Part shown: positions 45,630 to 54,454 of the stretch, in pieces
Position numbering within the stretch: the stretch's first letter is position 1
Layout of the letters: every line of letters starts with the position of its first letter
IMG/VR virus record: IMGVR_UViG_2617270876_000003
Location: 32,001 to 96,000 of that record
DNA: 64,000 bases
Source: a virus
Taxonomy: Duplodnaviria > Caudoviricetes
Direction: 5' to 3' (one strand)
Program-made: the position numbers and the translations under genes
Notes under the pieces: model-generated
The model's input: only the letters and a program-made list of their open reading frames with translations
Told to the model about the DNA's origin: nothing
Database searches by the model: none

Positions 45630-46456
45630 ACTCAATTTCTCCCCTTCATGGGGAGTTTTTATTTTGTCTTTCTTAATTCATCCACCAATTGCTGCACCTT
45701 CAGGCCATATTCCTTTCGACTATCCAGTGATGCAGCAATGATGTTGTTTACATCCCATTTATTCTGTTTAATATCGTTCAGGATTTTTTCAATTGGCGTT
45801 TCTGCTATGTATTTTATAGTGTTAAGTCTGTTCATGACAATCATATTCCAAATTCACAATCTCAAATTCTATATTTAGTGCTTTTAGTACATTCATCAGT
45901 AATCCTTTGTTCACTTCACTATATTCACTTACCAATTTATCATTAACAAAAATTCTTGTGCCATATTCTCCACTAAAAGGGTCTCCCTTTGTATAATCCC
46001 AATCCTGAAAAAATATCTTATCCATTACTTCTTCTCCTTTTCTCATAAAATAACAGTTTGATCAAATTAACACTTCATGTATCATAAGTCTCTTATCGTA
46101 TTGTTTCTTTGTTAATTCATACAATACATAGTAATTTGGTGTGTCTATTACATATCCGGTAATTAAATAATATCTAGGAACATTTCCATCTGGAACAATG
46201 ACGTGTCTGTTTATTTCAGAAAATAGTGGTGAACTGATTAACTTTCTTGACGGAATTCCCTTAATTTCCTCTTTAGTTAGGTGATTAATCAGCTTCATAT
46301 TGATCCATTTTTCTTTCAACATCGTCTTTAATATCTTTCAATTTATCTCTAAACTCAATCATGTCACTGTACGTCAAAACATCGTCTTCATAATCCATAA
46401 GAAGTTCTTTGAAAATATCTAAATTAACAGACATAATTATCGCTCCTTGATCAATT

Positions 46457-46990
46457 TTAGACTTCTTCGTTCTCAGTTTTGATTATGAATTCAATGATTT
46501 TTACGGCTTTATCAAAATCATAATTAACAACTTTATAATCAAACTTTTTATCTCTGAACTTGATACCATCTTGAGTAATGCGACTTAGAATTTTATCCAC
46601 ACTATCACCACGTTTTTGCATTCTTTTAATTCTCGTACTCTTGTCAACTTTAATATAGATTGTGATGAACTCAATGTCTTTAGTTTTTTGCTTGAGGTCA
46701 ACAATTCCATCAGGATCACAAACATATATATCCGTGTTATAAAGCTGATTTTTTGTACTAAAGTAATGATTCCCTTCAATTAACGAGTAAGCCGCAATTT
46801 CGCCTTTACTCTTAAATTCTTCATATTCTTCAGCAGTGCAGAACATATGTCCATACTCATTTTCATAGCGTGGTTGACGAGTTGTATATGATTGAAGGAC
46901 ATTATATCCTTTCGTTTCTAGGTGTTTAGCAATCTCTGTTTTTCCCGCTCCAGAGTAAGCCATTAAAATATACAATTTCTTCTTCATCAA
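46457..46990 (-). CDS. gmk: guanylate kinase-like protein
   Basis: AYSGAGKT P-loop, SYTTRQPR, RM.KRGD. Confidence 0.85.
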   Translation of the reverse strand: MMKKKLYILMAYSGAGKTEIAKHLETKGYNVLQSYTTRQPRYENEYGHMFCTAEEYEEFKSKGEIAAYSLIEGNHYFSTKNQLYNTDIYVCDPDGIVDLKQKTKDIEFITIYIKVDKSTRIKRMQKRGDSVDKILSRITQDGIKFRDKKFDYKVVNYDFDKAVKIIEFIIKTENEEV

Positions 46991-47565
46991 ATCTTCCCTT
47001 TCCCCATTTTGATAATTCTAACCTTTAAATTCCTAACGCCAAAGTTTAATGCTTCTTTATGACTTTCTATGTATAAATCCAAACGTCTGCCACGAATTGC
47101 GGAGCCAGAATCGGTAATTGTTCTAATCCCAACGGACTCAATTTCAATAACCGTTCCTATTGGCAAGATGTTTAAATCTGCGCTAACTGTGCGCCCTTCT
47201 TTGACCTTTTCTCCAGATTTGGTAATCCTATAACCTTTATCTCCTGGACTTTTACCTGTGGATTGTACACCAGAATCATAGGCAGTTATTCTGTACGTCG
47301 TCCAATTATCATTATTCTTCTTTTTATTAATTATTTTTTCAGCAGTTTTCTTCGTTTCTGATTCAGTCTTAAGTTTATTTACCATTCCAACTTGCTTAAT
47401 ATGTATTTGTTTTTCTTCTCTTTCGTCGTCCTTAACGGCTTGAGCAACTTGATTAATCGTCACTGTGTTTTTCATTTCTTTTATTACGTCTACGCTTTGC
47501 ACTGTGTTAAAGTGTGAGCTAGGTAGTACGAATAAAAGAGAGAGTAATAATCTCTCTAGCATCAT
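46987..47565 (-). CDS. secreted 3D-domain (MltA-like) cell-wall protein
   Basis: Signal-like N-terminus; TAY, TVSAD, LPIGT, DSGSAIRGRRLDLY. Confidence 0.88.
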   Translation of the reverse strand: MMLERLLLSLLFVLPSSHFNTVQSVDVIKEMKNTVTINQVAQAVKDDEREEKQIHIKQVGMVNKLKTESETKKTAEKIINKKKNNDNWTTYRITAYDSGVQSTGKSPGDKGYRITKSGEKVKEGRTVSADLNILPIGTVIEIESVGIRTITDSGSAIRGRRLDLYIESHKEALNFGVRNLKVRIIKMGKGKI

Positions 47566-47583
47566 AACCTCCTGATTTTAAAT

Positions 47584-47611
47584 ATAGCCCCACTTGTTAC
47601 AGTGAGGCTAT
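47584..47611 (-). terminator. hairpin, probable intrinsic terminator
   Basis: ATAGCCCCACT / AGTGAGGCTAT stem with one G-U pair on the minus strand. Confidence 0.5.
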
Positions 47612-48225
47612 TGTATTTTTATTTACTTATCATTGCCTTTCTACTTCAAACCATATCCCCATACTACTATCATTTCTAATTTTCATTGCATGATTAAAAG
47701 CAGAAGTATGATTTTCAAATACTAGATGATTATTGTTACTGTCAACAGCATAACTACTCATTTTTCTACCTACATTAATTTTTACTTTATACAAAATATC
47801 ATAACTCTCTTTAATGCTTACAGCATCCCTTTACTTCTTCAACTTTTACTTGTCCAAGTGGAGTTACAATTACCGTAGCATCAGACAGAGTGAGTTTCTT
47901 TTCGGTCAATGTTGTGTACACTCCAGCGTTAAATTTTGCATTTTCTTGATCTGGCGCAACAAGTTTAGCGTCAATAATAATTTCCTTCTGTTTTGTTACT
48001 ACAATAACCTGATATAGAGTTTCCATTTTTTCATTCTCCCTTAGATTATAATTATTAAATGATGTTTTCAGTACAACATCTCCTGATTGAGTTGTCGTTG
48101 TGGTTCCACTAAGGATGTTGCTAATCTTATCACTAGTAATCCAACTACCTGAACTAATCGTAGGGTTTAAGATTGCAAATCCATCATTATGATTATACAT
48201 ATTTTCTCCTATTCTTAATATATTT

Positions 48226-48273
48226 TTGCTATATATAGTTTGTATAATTTGAGTAACATACTATATATAGATG
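48226..48273. promoter_or_regulatory. tandem NrdR-box-like sites
   Basis: Two CTATATATAG-centred 16-mers 32 bp apart abutting a minus-strand TTGACA at 48272-77. Confidence 0.55.
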
Positions 48274-48317
48274 TCAAATCACGTTAAAATCTGTCTTTTA
48301 TTCAAACCTATGTATTA

Positions 48318-49310
48318 TTACTTTACTTCTTCAAGTGCTTTTACTTCATCATTCAATTCATCAAGAACGCCAACCATCATTTCTACATGATTTTTCGTAA
48401 AGTCAGTGACCTTTTTACCTTTACCAAGTCCATTTTCAATAATTTCAGTAACAACATCGCCCTTATTATTTGAATGAAGAAGTTTACCAGCAGCAATAAT
48501 TTCGGCTTTGAGTTTTTCGAAATCCAAAACTTCTGATTTTAGTGTTTCTTTTTGCTCATTGTAAGATACTGCTTTAATCCCCTCTACTTCTTCTTGACGC
48601 TCAATGGCTTTAATAATTGCTTCCTCAAGAGCTTCTGCTGTAAATTCTTGTAGTCCAGTTTGGATGTAATCAAAACGACTACGAGCAAAGAATTTATCGG
48701 TCTCGGCAAGGAAAGCAGACGACTTAATGACTTGATTCTTTTCGTCTGTACCATTAGAACGAACATGAACAACAATATCACTATTATCGATGATTGGTGC
48801 CAGTGCTCTCTTATCTCCTTTAGGCCATACTTTACCTTCCTTATCTTCTGTCTGGTGGGCAATGAACACAACCGTAAATCCTGCACCGATCAACTTGTCG
48901 ATTTCTTCCCAGTATGCAGTTTCATATTCCTTCCATAGACCAAATCCATCTCGACCAGAAGCAATCGTATCAGAATCATATTTGTCGCAAATGAATTTAG
49001 AGCAATAACGTGCAGATGCTTCAACCTCATCAAAAATAATTGTCTGATAAAACTCTTTTGCTTTCTCTACTGTTGATTTATGTGTAAGCTGCTTATTAAC
49101 TTTTTTAAAATCAGACCAGTTATTGATAGCAGCGAATGGTACACCAGCAATAGCATTTAAACCTTTTTCAAAGCCAAGATAGTACGGTTTCTTAAAACGT
49201 GTTGCTTGCTTTGTCTTACCTAAGTTATTGCTTCCGTAAATCGTAATGATTTTTCCCTCAAGACCTTTTGCTACCTTGGAAACAACCGGATTAAAAATAT
49301 CTAGTGACAT
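48318..49310 (-). CDS. AAA_24/Sak4-like ATPase (YorG-like)
   Basis: YGSNNLGKT, IIFDE, VFIAH, ARSRF; adjacent to SSB. Confidence 0.85.
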   Translation of the reverse strand: MSLDIFNPVVSKVAKGLEGKIITIYGSNNLGKTKQATRFKKPYYLGFEKGLNAIAGVPFAAINNWSDFKKVNKQLTHKSTVEKAKEFYQTIIFDEVEASARYCSKFICDKYDSDTIASGRDGFGLWKEYETAYWEEIDKLIGAGFTVVFIAHQTEDKEGKVWPKGDKRALAPIIDNSDIVVHVRSNGTDEKNQVIKSSAFLAETDKFFARSRFDYIQTGLQEFTAEALEEAIIKAIERQEEVEGIKAVSYNEQKETLKSEVLDFEKLKAEIIAAGKLLHSNNKGDVVTEIIENGLGKGKKVTDFTKNHVEMMVGVLDELNDEVKALEEVK

Positions 49311-49346
49311 ATTTATAAAATCTCTCCTTGTTCAGTGATTTTTGTG

Positions 49347-49375
49347 TGGGTAGTCATATACCAAATGACTACCCA
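49347..49375. terminator. 11-bp perfect hairpin after the SSB gene
   Basis: TGGGTAGTCAT-ataccaa-ATGACTACCCA. Confidence 0.55.
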
Positions 49376-49412
49376 ATATTAGAATTTTAGTTATTACATT
49401 ATTTTTTACTTA

Positions 49413-50381
49413 TTAAAAAGGCAAATCGTCGTCCGAGATATCAATTGGCTTTCCTGCTCCGAACGTATTTTCATCAGGCGCAAACGGATCTTTCTTTGTG
49501 TTTGCACTAGAGAAGGGGTCATTATTATTGTTTCCACTGCCACCATTCCGCTGCTCTTTTGCCTTCTTCTTGTCTCTCATGCCTTGAATGTAAACTTCTT
49601 CACGATACTTTAGGGCTTTTTTAACCAGTTCTACATCAAAAGCATTTTTATCGTCTTCATCAAGGGGAACAGATCCACCTTCTACGAGGTATTCACGAAC
49701 TGTTTTGCGGTCAATCTTTTCTTGTGGTTCTCCAAAACCCACTTCAACTAGACGTTTTGTTACAATAGTTTGATTGACAATTTTGCCATGAACCGATACC
49801 GTCAACCCTTTCTCATAATTATTTGTAACGTAATTAACTGCGTGAGGATTAGCCACAACCACTTCAAAAGGAATTACCGATCCATTGTACATAGGAATGT
49901 AGCCTTTGATGATTGCCCGACCTGTTTCTTCTCCATCTTTTGTTTCCTCTTTAACATTTGCCACCATCATATCTAGCGAAAAAGTAGCTTGAGGATTAAA
50001 TTCTTCATTATCTTTTACTCGATTAATAAAATTGGAGTTGATTTTTGGATAAGATTTCAGTTTGTCGTCTTGTCCAATGTATTCATTGAGATCAACCTTG
50101 CCTTGAGTAACACGAACTCTGTCTCCCTCTTTTAGCTCTTCTTGAATTGTTTTGATTCCTTTGTAAATGGAATTAATATCTGTAGTGCCTTTTTTTAGTT
50201 TAAAGGAAAACACATTGATTGTATGGATAGAGTTTTCATCAACTTGAATATCAACCTCACCCTTAATCAGTTCCCGTCCATCTGGCATAGGCAGTTTATC
50301 TTCTTCAATACGAACTTCTTTTACGATACCTTCAATATGTACAACATTTTGCGCCTCTTGCAAAGTTTTTTCATTAGTCAT
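49413..50381 (-). CDS. phage ssDNA-binding protein (YorF-like)
   Basis: Two OB-like halves and acidic tail DISDDDLPF. Confidence 0.8.
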   Translation of the reverse strand: MTNEKTLQEAQNVVHIEGIVKEVRIEEDKLPMPDGRELIKGEVDIQVDENSIHTINVFSFKLKKGTTDINSIYKGIKTIQEELKEGDRVRVTQGKVDLNEYIGQDDKLKSYPKINSNFINRVKDNEEFNPQATFSLDMMVANVKEETKDGEETGRAIIKGYIPMYNGSVIPFEVVVANPHAVNYVTNNYEKGLTVSVHGKIVNQTIVTKRLVEVGFGEPQEKIDRKTVREYLVEGGSVPLDEDDKNAFDVELVKKALKYREEVYIQGMRDKKKAKEQRNGGSGNNNNDPFSSANTKKDPFAPDENTFGAGKPIDISDDDLPF

Positions 50382-50507
50382 TATTAATTTATCTCTCCTA
50401 TAATATGTATTATTTTAGTTTTTAAAAGATTATATTTTAGTTTTATCAGCGCGTTTATTGTTTAGGTGGACTTCGCATTGAACAAGTATCTATGCCCTCA
50501 CATCCTT

Positions 50508-51443
50508 TCAAAATCCAAATTTATTGAATCCTTCTTTTATAACTTCATTATCTTCCTCGAATGGTGAACCAGTTATCGTTCGTGGCTCCAAATCTTCTTT
50601 TGAGTATTTTTCAGACTCTAAGACACTCCCACCTGTAACAACTAATTCTTTTATTGATGTGCCAACAACAACTCGCTGTCCTTCATCATTTGTTGTTATT
50701 GGCACATAATGCCGTATGTTTCCATACACCTTGATTAACGAACCAAAGTGAATTTTATTGCTCAAATAATCAATTAATTCAGTGTTATCGCCTGATTTAT
50801 AAACGATAAAGTTGTAAGGAATTGCTCTAAAGCCACTCGACTCTTTAATAACTATTTTTCCAAATAAACTATATTTATTTTTATCTATTTGCTCAAAACC
50901 CACAAAAATAACTTCCTGGCTAAAATAAGCCGATATAAAATATTTTTTATCGTCAAAGTTGATTGGATCGTAAGAATAAATACTTTTGATAGTAAACTTT
51001 TCTTGTATTTCTCCATTATAATCTTCAATCTTCGTTGTACCTCTGATCAGTATGGTGTCTCCATCATTTAAATTACTGTTTAGATAGGTGATTGCGTCAT
51101 AACTCATCTGCACTAAATCAGATGGTTCATCATTGATATTTATCTTTATCATATTCGGAATCTTATATTTCTTAGTAATGAATTTATTTAATTCGTTCCA
51201 ATCAACCATTATGTATTTATTATCTTCTCTATTACCATATGCTTCATATACTTTAACCCTTGATGTTTTCATACCCATCAATTCCACATATACAAAGGCG
51301 TTATGGCTTACCTTTATTCCGAATTGTAGTCTTTTCCATTGGCAATCTTCCTTCTCTCCTTCTGTTACGGATTTCGTACTGGACAATCCAGTTACAATTC
51401 CTATTGCTTCGAAGTAACCGTATGTCGGCTGAAGTTCCATCAA
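50508..51443 (-). CDS. OB-fold SSB-like paralog (YorE-like)
   Basis: Similar layout to the neighbour (GDTILIRG, GSLIKVYGNI, ELVVTGG). Confidence 0.6.
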   Translation of the reverse strand: MMELQPTYGYFEAIGIVTGLSSTKSVTEGEKEDCQWKRLQFGIKVSHNAFVYVELMGMKTSRVKVYEAYGNREDNKYIMVDWNELNKFITKKYKIPNMIKININDEPSDLVQMSYDAITYLNSNLNDGDTILIRGTTKIEDYNGEIQEKFTIKSIYSYDPINFDDKKYFISAYFSQEVIFVGFEQIDKNKYSLFGKIVIKESSGFRAIPYNFIVYKSGDNTELIDYLSNKIHFGSLIKVYGNIRHYVPITTNDEGQRVVVGTSIKELVVTGGSVLESEKYSKEDLEPRTITGSPFEEDNEVIKEGFNKFGF

Positions 51444-51925
51444 CTCACTACCTTAATAAATTTATCTAAAGTCTTCCGCAGGAACCCAAGCTTCATACCC
51501 ATTATCGAATTCAACTCTCAAGTCCTGCTCGTAGCAGCCATTAAACAAATCTGATTTCTCGTCGATTACAACCCCACAATCACCATACTCGATTTCACCC
51601 TCACTATCATAACTATGTGAGAACAATTCTACTCTGTCTCCTACTTCATAAAATAATCCCTTCAATGTACTACCTCCTAAATATTAATCGTTTATGTAAT
51701 CGTGCAACTTCACACGTTATTTTAGTACTTCCTCGCTTCAATATCTTTATAAAAGTATTCTTTCAATTAATTATTATTTATTTTTATCTTATAAAGTAAT
51801 TCTATATATTAACGCCTCTAGAAAGCGATACATATTATCTTTAATCTCAGAATAACATACAATATATTAATTATCAATACTTATTTTTACTTTATAAGTT
51901 TAAGCCGAACTCTTTAGTCCGGCCA

Positions 51926-52333
51926 TTATACATACAGTAAGCATTCCATGTACCAGATGTCAAAATTAGACTTACTATGTATGTTGTACAAGTGTGCAGG
52001 ATCGTGCTGTAAAAGAGATATCTTTTTATGATTCAAAGGTTCCTGGAATAATTGCTGCAAAGCATTCTTTTTATCCTTCTTGAAAAATGAAACAAATTCA
52101 TCGCTGGAATTAAACCTATTTTCTTTTAATCGTTTTTTTCTTAAAGAGAAGGTATGTAATTCAATCTCTCTTCTATTTTTACTTTTACATTTATCAATAA
52201 ATCTGGCTTGTTTCTCTTCGTCCCCTTCTGTTACAAATTCAAACATCTCCCAAAATCCAGTGGCGTTTTTGTTGATTTTTAGTGCTTCGCAATAATCTGA
52301 TTTCATTTGCTTCTCTCCATTTTCTGTTTTCAT
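51926..52333 (-). CDS. hypothetical protein immediately downstream of the LytTR gene
   Basis: 135-aa ORF followed by hairpin GCCGAACT/AGTCCGGC at about 51904-51923. Confidence 0.6.
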   Translation of the reverse strand: MKTENGEKQMKSDYCEALKINKNATGFWEMFEFVTEGDEEKQARFIDKCKSKNRREIELHTFSLRKKRLKENRFNSSDEFVSFFKKDKKNALQQLFQEPLNHKKISLLQHDPAHLYNIHSKSNFDIWYMECLLYV

Positions 52334-52570
52334 ATTTTTGTAGTACTTATCACCTATTTCTTATTTACTAGTTTATAATTTCACCCATTTTTATGCAATA
52401 AAGTTAAGTTTGGGACGAATATTTGTTGACAATTACCCATAACTCGTCTTTAAAGTAAATAAATGTCGATTAGTGTCATAAATAAAGTCGAATGAAGGAC
52501 TATTGTTCTATTTATGTAATATATATCACCAATATATAATAAATCATCTTTTTATTTGTCCTTATTCTTG

Positions 52571-52954
52571 TCAAACTTTTTTCTTGAATAGTCGCTCAAG
52601 ATAATCCTTTACGGCTTGCACTCTCTTTTCGGCAACAGTAATTGTCCGCTTGGTTTGGTTCTTCGACTCATATATTAATAAATCATATTTATGATCATAA
52701 TCAGGTTTTTTATTTAAATTTGCTAAAATCCCTCTGTCAATCTTCACCATTCCTTCTTCTTTTTCTAGCAAAGCATACTCTTTATCAACGGATGTGCAGT
52801 TTCTAAATCTTCCCCTACTAGTGTAATATACCTTAAAAGATTTTTCTTTTTTTGTTGATTCTGTATTTATGTAGTCTATTTCGTCTAAACTTATCCATTC
52901 AGCTTCATCACTCATTTTCTCTCCATCCCACTTACAAACTATGAATGACTTCAT
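52571..52954 (-). CDS. stand-alone LytTR-domain transcriptional regulator (no receiver domain)
   Basis: ISLDEIDYI, VYYT..G.F, GMVKIDRGILANL, ITVA..R LytTR pattern; ATG 52954 after GGAG. Confidence 0.8.
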   Translation of the reverse strand: MKSFIVCKWDGEKMSDEAEWISLDEIDYINTESTKKEKSFKVYYTSRGRFRNCTSVDKEYALLEKEEGMVKIDRGILANLNKKPDYDHKYDLLIYESKNQTKRTITVAEKRVQAVKDYLERLFKKKV

Positions 52955-52974
52955 GTTGACTCCCACTCTCCTTT

Positions 52975-53017
52975 AAAAAATATGTGCATATACCAATAAA
53001 ATATGTATATGCACATA
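52975..53017 (-). terminator. intrinsic terminator between agrD and the LytTR gene
   Basis: 13-bp perfect IR TATGTGCATATAC 52981-93 / GTATATGCACATA 53005-17 followed by U6 on the minus strand. Confidence 0.75.
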
Positions 53018-53023
53018 CCGTTT

Positions 53024-53149
53024 TTATTTCATATCTTCCGGTACATCTTCTCCGTGGAGGATGGTCCAGCTTGCTGTTGCGGTTTGAACTACTGCAAAAA
53101 CAGTCAAAACTGTTCCAAGAATACTCATAATTTTATACTTACTCTTCAT
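53024..53149 (-). CDS. agrD: AgrD-like cyclic lactone autoinducer precursor, 41 aa
   Basis: Not in ORF track. MKSKYKIMSILGTVLTVFAVVQTATASWTILHGEDVPEDMK; AAGGAGGTG SD; overlaps agrB stop; leader, S-x4 core and acidic Pro tail. Confidence 0.9.
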   Translation of the reverse strand: MKSKYKIMSILGTVLTVFAVVQTATASWTILHGEDVPEDMK

Positions 53150-53690
53150 TAACTATCACCTCCTTTGCTGGAATATGGATCAAAGTCAAAGCCTGCATAA
53201 ACATTGCCAATGTTACAGTTGGATTCTTTAGTATTAATGAAAAAATAATCAATATTAAAGAAATTATCTTAAAAATATGGAAATTTTCTTTTCTGATTCT
53301 TGTACTATTGTTTATTTTAGAAGGAGAAAATATTAAACATAATAAAAAACTAATAATATTAAAAACAATGGAAAGTGAATCATTTACATATACCGAAATC
53401 TCCGTTATTGACAAGATTAAAAGTGTTGACGCAACAATACAAATATCAGCATTTTTCAAGTGGAATCCACCTGAAAATTGACGCAAGATTGAAAATGACA
53501 ATAAACATATTAAACATTTTATGAGAGTATCAGAATATAGACCATATCCAAATATTAATAACAATGGAAGCAGATTAGTAATAATTAACTTGATCGAATA
53601 TCTAGTTTTTTGATATGATGGCATTTCATCTTTGTAATTATTAGTTAGCCATCGAGCAATAAATTCAGAAAAATAATTAATCAATATCAT
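53139..53690 (-). CDS. agrB: AgrB accessory gene regulator B peptidase
   Basis: FSILRQFSGGFHL...C (catalytic His/Cys motif), FSPS, multi-pass membrane. Confidence 0.92.
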   Translation of the reverse strand: MILINYFSEFIARWLTNNYKDEMPSYQKTRYSIKLIITNLLPLLLIFGYGLYSDTLIKCLICLLSFSILRQFSGGFHLKNADICIVASTLLILSITEISVYVNDSLSIVFNIISFLLCLIFSPSKINNSTRIRKENFHIFKIISLILIIFSLILKNPTVTLAMFMQALTLIHIPAKEVIVNEE

Positions 53691-54330
53691 CCCTCATTTG
53701 TTTTTTGGTTTCAAGAACATAAATATTAAAAATACATAATATCCAAAACAGAATTTCTACTATTATATTATTAAACCTTGAAATATTGAGAAACATTATT
53801 ACAACCACTATAGAAGAAAGTATCAAAATTGTGTTTACTTTTGTGAATTTAATTTTATATGAATAATCATAAGGGAGAGTAGTAAAGTATAATCTTTTTC
53901 TTCTCATCAAAACACTTGATAATATCATAATTGATCCACTAATAATTTGAAGTAAACATCTTAAAAAATCGTTCTCTTGAATTTCTGAAATATTTGTATG
54001 TATAACCATAGTTGTAATAAGCACCAATACCAATTGAATTATCGCCTGTGAAACAAATCCTATTATTGTTAATCTAATAGATGAAAATACTGAAATTCTA
54101 AAATAAAATAATAACGATAAAAATAATAATATTAAACTGAACACAGATGTATAATTTTGAAAGTTATCGTGTTGGCTCAAAAAATAATTGCCAGTTGATA
54201 TAATAAACGCCGTAAGGAATATTTCTTTCCAATAACTTTTTAAATCAACTTTGAATGATCCAAAAGCAAATGTCAGAATTGAAACACCATCAATCATTGA
54301 AAACAGTATGTATACCAAAGCACTTCCCAT
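53677..54330 (-). CDS. polytopic membrane protein resembling an AgrC sensor domain without a kinase domain
   Basis: 217 aa, about 6-7 hydrophobic helices, no H/N/G boxes, overlaps agrB start. Confidence 0.7.
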   Translation of the reverse strand: MGSALVYILFSMIDGVSILTFAFGSFKVDLKSYWKEIFLTAFIISTGNYFLSQHDNFQNYTSVFSLILLFLSLLFYFRISVFSSIRLTIIGFVSQAIIQLVLVLITTMVIHTNISEIQENDFLRCLLQIISGSIMILSSVLMRRKRLYFTTLPYDYSYKIKFTKVNTILILSSIVVVIMFLNISRFNNIIVEILFWILCIFNIYVLETKKQMRDDID

Positions 54331-54381
54331 TACCCTTCCCCCGTTCGATTTATAAAGTAAATATAATTAACTTATGAATTA

Positions 54382-54409
54382 ATAATACCACAATATTCTA
54401 GCATGTCAA
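54382..54409 (-). promoter_or_regulatory. sigmaA promoter of the agr-like operon
   Basis: TTGACA-16-TATTAT with TGn extension. Confidence 0.65.
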
Positions 54410-54420
54410 CACTAAAATTC

Positions 54421-54454
54421 AAAAAAAAAGAAACGGGCTATTCTCCCGTTTCTT
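54421..54454 (-). terminator. intrinsic terminator after the repressor gene
   Basis: AAGAAACGGG / CCCGTTTCTT 10-bp stem followed by a U-run on the minus strand. Confidence 0.8.

Noticed and set aside
50466-50502. Possible structured leader upstream of the SSB gene
   Set aside because: Only short interrupted pairings visible; cannot be supported without folding and covariation analysis
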